Shown here one piece after another: positions 50,867 through 60,446 of a DNA stretch of 64,000 nucleotides. The position numbers were made by a program, and so were the translations under genes. The notes under the pieces are model-generated. The model saw only the letters and a list, made by a program, of their open reading frames with translations, made no database searches and had not been told where the DNA came from. This DNA is from a virus, in IMG/VR virus record IMGVR_UViG_3300032241_002567, positions 1-64,000 of that record. One strand, 5' to 3'. Every line of letters starts with the position of its first letter. Positions within the stretch are counted from its first letter, which is position 1.

Positions 50867-51600
50867 TGTTTATCTATAAATTTTAATTCTATATTACCTT
50901 CTAAATCTTCAATTATATAAGAGCATGATTCTACGAAATCTCCTGTATTATAATACTCACCAAGTATTATTTCTGGGCTATGTGTATGTCCTATCATTAT
51001 AGAATCACAACTTTTGTTTTTTACAAGTTCCATAGATGCTTTTTTATATTCAGTTAAGAATTTTATTATATTTTTAACTTTCTTTTTTATATAAGCAGAA
51101 AAACTCCAATAATTTAATCCTAATAATTTTCTTATTTTATTATATACCCAATTTATTTTCATAGACAACTCATAACCTAGATCGCCTATTAAATAAAGTA
51201 ATTTATGCGTGGCTACAAAACCATCAAAACAATCTCCATGAACCAATAATATTTTTTCATTTTTAATTGAGGTGTAAATACATTCATCACATATTAAAAT
51301 ATTTCCAAGATTTATATTTCCTTCCTTTATTAAATCTCTAATGTAGTAATCATGATTGCCTATCAATAGTGTTATTTGAACTCCATTTCTACTATATTTA
51401 AGAACTTTTTGTATAACAGTAGAGTGATCTTGATTCCAATAAAATTTTCTTTTTAAAGAAGTAAGATCCAAAAAATCACCTATAATAAATAATTTTTTAA
51501 ATTCATATTGCTTAAAAACTTCTAATAATTTATCAGCTTGTGAATTTTTGTTACCCAGATGTATATCGCTAATGAATAAACTTTCTATTTTAATTTTCAT
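50863..51600 (-). CDS. Metallophosphoesterase of the LpxH-like/PlcP family
   Basis: FISDIHLG, IGDFLD, YW...H..VIQKVL, GNHD, HGD, YWSFSAY.K.KVK, GHTH, NTGDFVES. Confidence 0.85.
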   Translation of the reverse strand: MKIKIESLFISDIHLGNKNSQADKLLEVFKQYEFKKLFIIGDFLDLTSLKRKFYWNQDHSTVIQKVLKYSRNGVQITLLIGNHDYYIRDLIKEGNINLGNILICDECIYTSIKNEKILLVHGDCFDGFVATHKLLYLIGDLGYELSMKINWVYNKIRKLLGLNYWSFSAYIKKKVKNIIKFLTEYKKASMELVKNKSCDSIMIGHTHSPEIILGEYYNTGDFVESCSYIIEDLEGNIELKFIDKH

Positions 51601-51838
51601 ATTTCCATTTTCTTTTTAATACTGGTAAAGATTTTTCATCTATAAACTTATTTAAATAATCAAATATGGTGTTACCACAAATAGTTAAACTAGCATATCC
51701 TCTATTATTAATTCTTACTTTGGTTCTTACTTTCTTTATTAAATTTATTTTATTTAATATTAAATTTAAAAAATCAAACCATGAACTATGTATAAAATTA
51801 TAATCACTCGAAATAAATAAAGTTTTGATTTTTTGCAT
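51590..51838 (-). CDS. Possible remnant of a LAGLIDADG-type endonuclease C-terminus
   Basis: IHSSW...INNRGYASLTI...LPVLKRKW; no N-terminal LAGLIDADG helix. Confidence 0.3.
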   Translation of the reverse strand: MQKIKTLFISSDYNFIHSSWFDFLNLILNKINLIKKVRTKVRINNRGYASLTICGNTIFDYLNKFIDEKSLPVLKRKWKYEN

Positions 51839-51886
51839 AGAGGACTTTTTATTATCTAATATATATAAATAATAAAGTTTCCAATT

Positions 51887-52843
51887 ATGAAAATTCTTTA
51901 CGGTATACAATGCACAGGCAATGGACACTTAACTAGATCAATTAAAATTATCAATAAATTGAATCTGTTAGGACATAAAGTAGATATTCTTTTGTCTGGA
52001 AAAAATTTCGAATTAGAATTTCCATTTCCTGTTAAATATCGTTTTAAAGGTTTTACTTTTTATAACACTAAAAGTGGTGGTATAGATTATTTAAAAACTA
52101 TTCTATCATTTGATTTAATTGATTTTATTAAACATATTAAATTAGATTTGAAAAATTATGATAAAGTTATAACTGATTTCGAACCAATTACAGCATGGGC
52201 TTGTAAATTACAAGAAAAATCTTGTTATGGTATATCTAATCAATATTCTTTTATTAGTAAAAAGACGCCAAGAAATGGTAAAGATTTATTAGGGGAAACT
52301 ATTTTAAAATGGATGGCACCTGTTGAAACTCCAATAGGATTGCATTATAAAAAATATGATAATTTTATACATAAACCTATTATTAATGATGAGATAATTG
52401 AAATAAAACCAGTAGATGCTGGACATTATACTGTTTATTTACCTTCTTATAGTTTAGTTAAAACAATTGAGGAATTAACATGTTATAATAATAAATTTCA
52501 AATTTTTCACTCTGATATAAAAACAGTATATCGTTTTAAAAATTGCATAATTTATCCAATTGATCACAAAACTTTTGTAGATAGTTTTAGAAATTCACAC
52601 GGTGTAATTACTAATGCTGGATTTCAAACTTCCTCAGAAGCACTTTATATGGGTAAAAAATTAATGGTTATTCCAGTAAAAGGACAATATGAGCAAGAAT
52701 GTAATGCCAAAGCGTTAAGTGATATGGGTATAATAACTGGCAAATTAGAAGATGTAGAATTATTTTTACAATCCGATAAAATTATATTTGATAAATGGAA
52801 CGATCCAACTAATCAAATATTAGAAATTATACTTTCCTCATAA
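51887..52843 (+). CDS. GT-B glycosyltransferase (MJ1255/GT28-like)
   Basis: MKILYGIQCTGNGHLTRS, ITDFEP, NAGFQTSSEALY.GK, P..GQYEQ.CNA. Confidence 0.85.
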   Translation: MKILYGIQCTGNGHLTRSIKIINKLNLLGHKVDILLSGKNFELEFPFPVKYRFKGFTFYNTKSGGIDYLKTILSFDLIDFIKHIKLDLKNYDKVITDFEPITAWACKLQEKSCYGISNQYSFISKKTPRNGKDLLGETILKWMAPVETPIGLHYKKYDNFIHKPIINDEIIEIKPVDAGHYTVYLPSYSLVKTIEELTCYNNKFQIFHSDIKTVYRFKNCIIYPIDHKTFVDSFRNSHGVITNAGFQTSSEALYMGKKLMVIPVKGQYEQECNAKALSDMGIITGKLEDVELFLQSDKIIFDKWNDPTNQILEIILSS

Positions 52844-53759
52844 AAGTATAAAGTTTAAAGATTTTATTTCCTTTTACTATAGAAGAATCTTCGGCAACTT
52901 TTTTTAAATCTTTGCCTGTAATAGTTTGTAAAACTTTAAATTGTCCAACATTTTCAACATTAACTTGATTTCCTTTTTCTCCTTCTGTTCCAAGAATAGC
53001 AATGTAATTTTCACCATAAATAGATTTTAAGAAAGTAATTCTCAAATTAGCAGCATTTTGTTCGTTTTTAATATACTGATTTTCATAAGGTTCATCTAAA
53101 TTAAGTTCAGTATTGGTATTAATAACTTTAATTTTAGTAGGTTGTGTTTTAACTTCTGGTTGAAGTTGAATATCGGTTCTACTTTGTATTTCTTCTGCTT
53201 TTAAAAGAGTTTCTTGATTTCTTCTAATTTCATTAAAGTCGGCACGAGCAATAATTCCACCACGCATTCCTTTATCATACATATTATAACCTGCTGGTGG
53301 TAATCTATAAAATGAGCCAGTAAATATAATAGATTTAATCCTATCATATCTAAACATTCTCCAAATTTTTTCAATATTTCTATTATTTGAAACAGACCAA
53401 CCTTTTAAGTGATATCCTCTAATTAATAATTTACCAACTGATGAGCGACCAAAAACCATAGGATAAATAACTCTTTCGTGTCCTACCGTATGGTCATCTT
53501 TGGCTCCTTTATAAGTAATTAAAAAAATCATACCATATTTAATAGCTTTAATAATTAAATCTTCTGTTGGAGCAATAGGTTTATTTATGGGTATATTTTG
53601 GAAACCTTCAACATTACCTAATGAAAAACGAGGAGCACTAGCTCCACCAGACGGTATGTATTCATTATCTTCGAAAACGAAATATTTTGGTTTTAATACA
53701 AATTCAACTGATTCAGAATTTTCATGAAGAAGAATATTGGATAATTTTTCTAATATCAT
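52827..53759 (-). CDS. WYL-like domain protein
   Basis: ITYKG...ERVIYP...LLIRGYH...WRMFRYDRI. Confidence 0.6.
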   Translation of the reverse strand: MILEKLSNILLHENSESVEFVLKPKYFVFEDNEYIPSGGASAPRFSLGNVEGFQNIPINKPIAPTEDLIIKAIKYGMIFLITYKGAKDDHTVGHERVIYPMVFGRSSVGKLLIRGYHLKGWSVSNNRNIEKIWRMFRYDRIKSIIFTGSFYRLPPAGYNMYDKGMRGGIIARADFNEIRRNQETLLKAEEIQSRTDIQLQPEVKTQPTKIKVINTNTELNLDEPYENQYIKNEQNAANLRITFLKSIYGENYIAILGTEGEKGNQVNVENVGQFKVLQTITGKDLKKVAEDSSIVKGNKIFKLYTFMRKV

Positions 53760-53798
53760 AGATTATATATTAAAAAATAAGATTTAATATATAGTAAT

Positions 53799-54563
53799 AT
53801 GAAAAAGAAAATTTCTAATTCACAAGAATTGAATCATTATTATAATTTGGTTAATACTAAATTAAAAAAATATTCAGAAATGGATATTTCTCCTGAAAGT
53901 ATTGCTAAATATTTAGCACCTGGAACACAAAATTTTAATAATTTTATTAGCGAAGATGATGATTTAAAAGATGTAGATGGTATTGAAGTTGTATTGAAAG
54001 ATATAATACAAGATACTTATGCTGCCTTTAAAGATGGTTTATTTAAAAAGATTCAAAAAGGTTATGTTAAAAAATTTGAAAATTATGCTATAAATGAAAA
54101 TATTTTCAATTTTGAAACTAATGAAGAAGATGTTAAACATCACCAAAAAGCTTTAGCAGATATTTATAAGACTAGTTTATCTTATATAGATATAATTAGA
54201 AAGGATATACATTTATATTATGTAAATGATGAAGGTATAATAAGAAATGTTATGGTATTTACACAAGAAGAATTAGATAAGGTAAAAGAGAATATATTAA
54301 AAGAGTTAGTAAATAGCACTAAAAATAAGTATTATCTTTTTAATGATATACATGCGATTGGATTTGAAATTAATAAAAAAATTAAGATTGAAGATATTTT
54401 AAATTATGATAAATTAAAAGGACTTTTAAATAAAGAAATTACCGAAGATGATGTAGTCGAAACAATTGCGGCTAATTATGGTGGTTTAAATTTAGAAGTT
54501 AAATCTCATAAAAAAACTAATCTTAATTCAAAAAACTATTATTTATTTGAGGTAGATGCATGA
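53799..54563 (+). CDS. Hypothetical protein
   Basis: ORF with upstream TAATATATA; internal VKKFENY. Confidence 0.6.
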   Translation: MKKKISNSQELNHYYNLVNTKLKKYSEMDISPESIAKYLAPGTQNFNNFISEDDDLKDVDGIEVVLKDIIQDTYAAFKDGLFKKIQKGYVKKFENYAINENIFNFETNEEDVKHHQKALADIYKTSLSYIDIIRKDIHLYYVNDEGIIRNVMVFTQEELDKVKENILKELVNSTKNKYYLFNDIHAIGFEINKKIKIEDILNYDKLKGLLNKEITEDDVVETIAANYGGLNLEVKSHKKTNLNSKNYYLFEVDA

Positions 54564-54888
54564 TATGAAATATTTATCAATTTTTGAATTGTATAATCCG
54601 TGGTATGTTCCGTTAGAAAAATGCGAAACAGGTAAAATATGTTATCCTGATAAAAAAACGGCAGAAACTCAAAAGAATTTACTAAATAAAAATATAGAAA
54701 ATAAATCCAAAATGTATAAAAGATTAGGTGGATTTATTAAAAATGTGTATCTATGTAAAATGTGTGGCAATTGGCACTTAACTACAACTTCTGAAGAAGA
54801 AATGATGCAAACAAGAATAGCAGCATTACATCATCAACCCTTAAAACATTTACAAAGTTTTCAAAAATATATGAAACATGAAGATTAA
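54556..54888 (+). CDS. Small zinc-finger protein
   Basis: C..GK.CY...YLCKMCGNWHLTT. Confidence 0.65.
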   Translation: MHDMKYLSIFELYNPWYVPLEKCETGKICYPDKKTAETQKNLLNKNIENKSKMYKRLGGFIKNVYLCKMCGNWHLTTTSEEEMMQTRIAALHHQPLKHLQSFQKYMKHED

Positions 54889-55121
54889 TAGTTAAAATAA
54901 GTATTTTCATGATCTAAAATTTTAGTTTTAAAATCAATTAAAACCTGGCATTTTTCATATTCTTCTAAATCTTCGAAATATAAAACCATATTATCTATAA
55001 TTTTAATATTATATGGTTTTTTATTTATGTCTAAAAATTTACCAGATTTAATTCTTTTAAAGTTACTTTCCATTTGAAAATTGAATGCAGAATCAACAAG
55101 TTTATCTATAAGTTTTTTCAT
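54885..55121 (-). CDS. Small protein with UVR-like motif
   Basis: YFEDLEEYEKCQVL. Confidence 0.55.
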   Translation of the reverse strand: MKKLIDKLVDSAFNFQMESNFKRIKSGKFLDINKKPYNIKIIDNMVLYFEDLEEYEKCQVLIDFKTKILDHENTYFNY

Positions 55122-55202
55122 TTGTTATAATTTTGTTAAAGATACGAAAAATTATATTTAAAAAAGAATATGTTTTTTTAATATATAAAAATAAAACCAT
55201 TT

Positions 55203-56207
55203 ATGTCAACATACGGTGTAACAGGCTCATTAACTTATTCTGTCAGCTATCCTAGTTTAGATGCCATGATGACTGATTTAAAAGATAATAGTAGTGGTGC
55301 CATACAAGCCATTCAATTAAGAAATTCTGTTTTGACATTATGGGATATGTCTGGTAGTGGCTCTGCATCGTCAAATTCTATTTTTTATGGTAGTAATACT
55401 GCTAGCACAATTGCAATAGGTGGATTACCAGTTGGAACTTCTTTTAATCCTGCTATATCATTTCAACAACTATTTGATTCAATGTTTCATCCATATGTTG
55501 CACCAATTATATCTTCTTTAAGTTTAGGCAATTCTATTAGTGGACCTTGGTATAATCAATTATATTTGGAAAATGGAACTTCTTTGTCAAATAATATTTA
55601 TATTAATTGGAATATAATTCAAGGTAGTATTTTATTATCCTCTGTAATTAATAGTATTAAACAAACAGGTAATCCTTATTTCAGATATAATGGTAATGCT
55701 ACACAGTATTATAATGTTTTAGCAACACAAAGTGGTATAATTATTGTTGGTTCGCAATCTAATTCTACTCAATATATAAATTTAATTGTGAATGATGGCT
55801 TAAATTCGATAACAGCAACCGTAAGTGTTACCTTTTTAAATAAATTTTATTGGGGAAATTTTGCTACTAATCCAGCAACTTATAGTTGGAGTAATTCTGA
55901 TATTTCAAATCTTAATGGAGCAAGCGTTAGTTTGCCCGATATTTATGGTGTTTATAATAGTGGAAATATACTTACTAATACAAAAACCCAAACTTTAAAT
56001 GGAATAAATGGTTCTGGAAATTATTTAGTTTTTGCTTTTCCAAATTCATTTGGTACGCCTGTTTTTGTTACTAATGGCTTGGTAAATACAGCCTTTGGTT
56101 TTGCATCCGTTGTTTATACGAATACACATGGTGTAACACAATCATATAGTATTTGGTATTCAAATACTGTACAAAATTCGCCAATTACCTATTTTCAAAT
56201 AAATTAA
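55203..56207 (+). CDS. Putative virion structural / tail-associated protein
   Basis: S/N/T/G-rich beta-type composition; FD.MFHPYVAP and Y..FAFP motifs shared with the 59089-60432 ORF. Confidence 0.6.
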   Translation: MSTYGVTGSLTYSVSYPSLDAMMTDLKDNSSGAIQAIQLRNSVLTLWDMSGSGSASSNSIFYGSNTASTIAIGGLPVGTSFNPAISFQQLFDSMFHPYVAPIISSLSLGNSISGPWYNQLYLENGTSLSNNIYINWNIIQGSILLSSVINSIKQTGNPYFRYNGNATQYYNVLATQSGIIIVGSQSNSTQYINLIVNDGLNSITATVSVTFLNKFYWGNFATNPATYSWSNSDISNLNGASVSLPDIYGVYNSGNILTNTKTQTLNGINGSGNYLVFAFPNSFGTPVFVTNGLVNTAFGFASVVYTNTHGVTQSYSIWYSNTVQNSPITYFQIN

Positions 56208-56217
56208 ATAAATTAAT

Positions 56218-59037
56218 ATGTCTCAAAATACCGGAACACTTGTAACTTCAACTCTTAGACCAAATGATTCATTAGATCCAATAGCAGTCATATTTTCAAA
56301 TGAAGCTAAGGGCGGACATCATTCCTATATAACTTATGCTAGTTTATTAGCCGATCAAGCTTCTTATCCTAATAGATTTGATTTTGGTATGTTGGCAACT
56401 GTTTATGCTGATCCTACTGCTTCAAATAATAATACTTATATTTTACAATATAATTATGCTAGTACAGCTTCTTCTGATCCAAATAACTGGGTTCAGTATA
56501 GCAATATACCACAGATAAATACTTCTGAATGGCAAAATTCTGTAATTTCAAGAACAAGTTCTATACCATCTATAATTAATAATGGTGATAGATATTTAAT
56601 TACAGGTATAATTGGTGGAACATCGACAGACATTAAAAGCTACAATTGGAATGGACATGTTGATAATATTGCTACTTATGATAATAGGGTTAATTTTTGG
56701 AATTTTACTTTTCCAAGAGAAGGTATGACAGTTCGTGTTGATAACGAAAATGATGTTTTATATAAATATATTGGAATATATGCTTCTGGTGGAACTTGGA
56801 TAAAAGAATATGTTAATCAAGTTTATTCATTAACTGCATCATCAACTGATGGTATTAATTTTACCGCAAATGCTAACTTGGTTGGTTATTATAAACCTTC
56901 TGTTTTTTATACAAGATTTTTAACATCTAGTGTTGGACATAACATGTATTTTAATATAAATAATATAGGTTCAGCTTCAGTAGTAAAAATTATTGGAAAT
57001 ACTTTACAACCATCTCTTAGTAATGGTGATTTTAATACTTCAATTGAGTATCAATTAATATGGGACGGAAGTCAATTTCAAGTGCCATTTAATTCAAGTA
57101 TTACAAATATAGGAAATCCAGAAGTTGGAAATACATATTCTGGCGGTGTATATAATTGGAACACAAGTCCAAGTTTTACACCATCTACTTCTATTGGCAC
57201 AGCAATAGACAGATTTAATAAAATTCTAGCTGGTCTAGTTCCATCTCCTTCTCCAGTATTAACAAATATGCAACCTATAGTTGGTTTTAGTGGTAGATTA
57301 ACATTTCCAATAAGTCCATCGCTCGTAAATAATTTTAATCCAGCAACTCCTTCTGTTCCATCTGGCTATGGTTCGGTAGGCATAGATGGATTATTCTCAA
57401 GTAATGGAAATAGAATTGGTATTTTAGCTGCTACAACTAGTAGTAATCGAAATTTAACAATATCCGGTATAATTAATTTGAATAGTAGTGGGACAAGCAG
57501 TGGTATTCCTTATTATCAAAATTCATTTGCCGACGCAAATCATGGATATCTTTATTTAGTTGTTAATGGTTTAACTATATCAACAGCAACTTTATCTAAT
57601 TTAGGTTCAATAGATACTACTTTTGGTTTAACACAACCAGGTTTTATTTTATCAGCAGCAACCGCTTCAAAATTTGCAACTGGAGCTGAGTTTGAGATTT
57701 ATTATGGTAGAACAGGTTCATATTATATACCAAATACTTCATATTTAGGTCCATATTCATATACTTCTTCAATTGGTTTAACAGCTAATCAATTTGGTTT
57801 TACAAGAGGATATAATTATGTAAAAATAATTCAAGATACGACTACTAATATAATAAATGTCCCTGGAATAGATTTTGTTATAGATGATAATCCAACAAAT
57901 ATAACTATAACATCTAATTCAATATCTTCAACTATTGGACCATCATATTATACTTTATCTGGTATAAAATATTATAATTATATACAAACTACTTATACGA
58001 CTAATATTAATAATGGTTATGGAAGCATTTATGCTGATGGAAATGCTATAACTATTACTGATTATTCTAATTCATTATCGACAAATGCTTCACCTGCTAC
58101 AAATTTAGCTGATGTTTATCAAAGTTTTCCTACTTTGAGTTCTAATCCATCTAATTTTAGTAGTTTTCAAATAACACCATATGTTAAAACATGGAATGTA
58201 AGTGGGCCTAATTTAAGAAGAATAAATGATTCTATTGCTTTTTATATTAAACAAGTTAATAAACCAGCAGTTAATAATGGCTATTTTTCATTTAATACTT
58301 CTTCAGGCGGAGGTTCTAATATTACAGGATTAGTATTTGATAATATGATAGGACAACTTTCAGTTGGATATACTGAATATTTCAGAGAGGAAAGTTTTAG
58401 ATTAGCATATATAATTGGATATCCATATGATAATACAAATCAGATTTCTAATAATCCTTATAATCCGACAGCCTCTTTGGCTACAGTTAATACTAATGAT
58501 TTACAGATTTATAATAATGCTTTACAATATCCAACTATTAATTTTTCAACAATAGGCTCTTCTACACTAACTAATTTAAATTATGGAATTAGCAGTGCTA
58601 ATTATTCTGGACTTTCTGGTAATAGATATTATTATCGTTGGTTTTATTTTTCTGGTTATGGCGCTAATTATAATTTTACATTAAATTTTACTGCATCTAA
58701 TACAACTATAGTTCCTTTAACAACTGCATTAAGTGGAAATAATATTCATGTTGAAGTTAAATTGCCATTTTTTGGCAGCAGTAGTGGACCATACGGTGGT
58801 ATAACTGGCTGGTTAGATGCTGCAACTACATTAAATACAGGAACTTATCCTAATCCAATAAATGGGGCTGGATGTATGTCTTCGACTTTGCCAATATTAG
58901 GTGGATATAATATTCAAATTGGTTGGTCTGGAACAAATATAGGTTCTGGTGGAAGTAATGGCTATTTATTAATGAGAATATCGGCTCCTAGTAGTTGGTC
59001 TGGTAATATAAGACAAATAACTGTAACACCTTTCTAA
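56218..59037 (+). CDS. Large virion structural protein with a DUF2793-like segment
   Basis: GDRYLI...WNGH..NIA...W.F..PREG; S/T/N/G-rich. Confidence 0.6.
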   Translation: MSQNTGTLVTSTLRPNDSLDPIAVIFSNEAKGGHHSYITYASLLADQASYPNRFDFGMLATVYADPTASNNNTYILQYNYASTASSDPNNWVQYSNIPQINTSEWQNSVISRTSSIPSIINNGDRYLITGIIGGTSTDIKSYNWNGHVDNIATYDNRVNFWNFTFPREGMTVRVDNENDVLYKYIGIYASGGTWIKEYVNQVYSLTASSTDGINFTANANLVGYYKPSVFYTRFLTSSVGHNMYFNINNIGSASVVKIIGNTLQPSLSNGDFNTSIEYQLIWDGSQFQVPFNSSITNIGNPEVGNTYSGGVYNWNTSPSFTPSTSIGTAIDRFNKILAGLVPSPSPVLTNMQPIVGFSGRLTFPISPSLVNNFNPATPSVPSGYGSVGIDGLFSSNGNRIGILAATTSSNRNLTISGIINLNSSGTSSGIPYYQNSFADANHGYLYLVVNGLTISTATLSNLGSIDTTFGLTQPGFILSAATASKFATGAEFEIYYGRTGSYYIPNTSYLGPYSYTSSIGLTANQFGFTRGYNYVKIIQDTTTNIINVPGIDFVIDDNPTNITITSNSISSTIGPSYYTLSGIKYYNYIQTTYTTNINNGYGSIYADGNAITITDYSNSLSTNASPATNLADVYQSFPTLSSNPSNFSSFQITPYVKTWNVSGPNLRRINDSIAFYIKQVNKPAVNNGYFSFNTSSGGGSNITGLVFDNMIGQLSVGYTEYFREESFRLAYIIGYPYDNTNQISNNPYNPTASLATVNTNDLQIYNNALQYPTINFSTIGSSTLTNLNYGISSANYSGLSGNRYYYRWFYFSGYGANYNFTLNFTASNTTIVPLTTALSGNNIHVEVKLPFFGSSSGPYGGITGWLDAATTLNTGTYPNPINGAGCMSSTLPILGGYNIQIGWSGTNIGSGGSNGYLLMRISAPSSWSGNIRQITVTPF

Positions 59038-59088
59038 TAAGTAAGAGATTTAAAATTTAATATATAAAATAAATAAATTAAATTTTAA

Positions 59089-60432
59089 ATGGGGTTATCA
59101 TCACTTACACTGACAAATATTGCGTTTAAAAATGTAATAGGCAAAGCATTAGGATGGACAGCAAATGATTGGTATGTAGAGCAAAGACCTATTAGCTTTA
59201 ATATTACTTCTGATACGGTTTGGTTAGATACGATTAGTTCGACCCCATCAATTTCTGTTTCTAATAATATTGCCTTATCTGTAACTGCTTCTATGATTCC
59301 TGTTTCAGAATCACAACAAGGAAGCACATATCATGCTTATTTATTAATTTGGCCGCCAACACCACCTTCTGGTATAGATCCATTAACAGATGGAACTTTT
59401 TCTTATGGTTATGGTGTTTTAAGTGGTATATCATCAGGAAATACAATTAGAAATATTATACCAGATAAATTTGGAGTTGGTTATCGCCCAAATATATTAT
59501 TAACAGATAATACTATATTAAATCCTAATGATTCTAGGGCTTGGTATTTGCAATATAATGCTGGTGTATATTATCAGGATTCAATGCCTACCCCTAATCC
59601 AGCAACAGCATCAGTTTATGTCTATATTGGTAACACTTTAAAATCAAGACCAAATATACCTTATAATAATAGTAATTTAACTTCTAATAATGTTGGTGGT
59701 ATTTTAAGTAATACATCATTTAATAATGTTACTAGTAATGCTATATTTGATATGCTGCTTTATCCAGCTTTACAACCTAGTTTTATATCATTTAATATAC
59801 AAAATATTAATTCACCATACGAAATTGGATCCAATTTTTCATCAGGTTCATATACGATGAGTTATGTTATTGCTAATTCAGCAAGCATTATAAGTAATAG
59901 TATATATGCTTATGGACCGACAAATTCTATAATTTATGGACCGACAAATAATAATGGTATAATACCAAATACTTTTTTATCTACTTCTTATAATGTGCCT
60001 ACTAATTTAACTTATAGTATAAGCGCTCAAACTACAGCTGGTATAATAATAGAGACTTATTCAACCATTAGATGGAACTATGGAGTTTACTATGGTAATT
60101 CAACTCAATCTCTATTGACTGATTATCATAATTTTATAAGTTATCAAACTAGTTTGAATGGTTTGTCACTTGGAAGATATACTTTACCAGGTGGAACTTA
60201 TTCAACATATAAATATATTATGGTGCCTGATTCATTTGTAACAATTAGCAATATATTATGGAATGGCTTGCCAGTGGTATTGGCTGACTTAACAGATGGT
60301 TACACATTTAGTAGCAATAATTTGAATTATAATTTTATTAATTTTTCAAATGTTAATGGAATTTCATCGAATTATAAAATATATAGAACTAAGAATATGT
60401 TGGCGGCAACAATGTCAATAAATATTGTATAA
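59089..60432 (+). CDS. Putative virion structural protein
   Basis: Composition and motifs paralogous to the 55203-56207 ORF. Confidence 0.55.
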   Translation: MGLSSLTLTNIAFKNVIGKALGWTANDWYVEQRPISFNITSDTVWLDTISSTPSISVSNNIALSVTASMIPVSESQQGSTYHAYLLIWPPTPPSGIDPLTDGTFSYGYGVLSGISSGNTIRNIIPDKFGVGYRPNILLTDNTILNPNDSRAWYLQYNAGVYYQDSMPTPNPATASVYVYIGNTLKSRPNIPYNNSNLTSNNVGGILSNTSFNNVTSNAIFDMLLYPALQPSFISFNIQNINSPYEIGSNFSSGSYTMSYVIANSASIISNSIYAYGPTNSIIYGPTNNNGIIPNTFLSTSYNVPTNLTYSISAQTTAGIIIETYSTIRWNYGVYYGNSTQSLLTDYHNFISYQTSLNGLSLGRYTLPGGTYSTYKYIMVPDSFVTISNILWNGLPVVLADLTDGYTFSSNNLNYNFINFSNVNGISSNYKIYRTKNMLAATMSINIV

Positions 60433-60446
60433 AAAAAATTAAAAAA

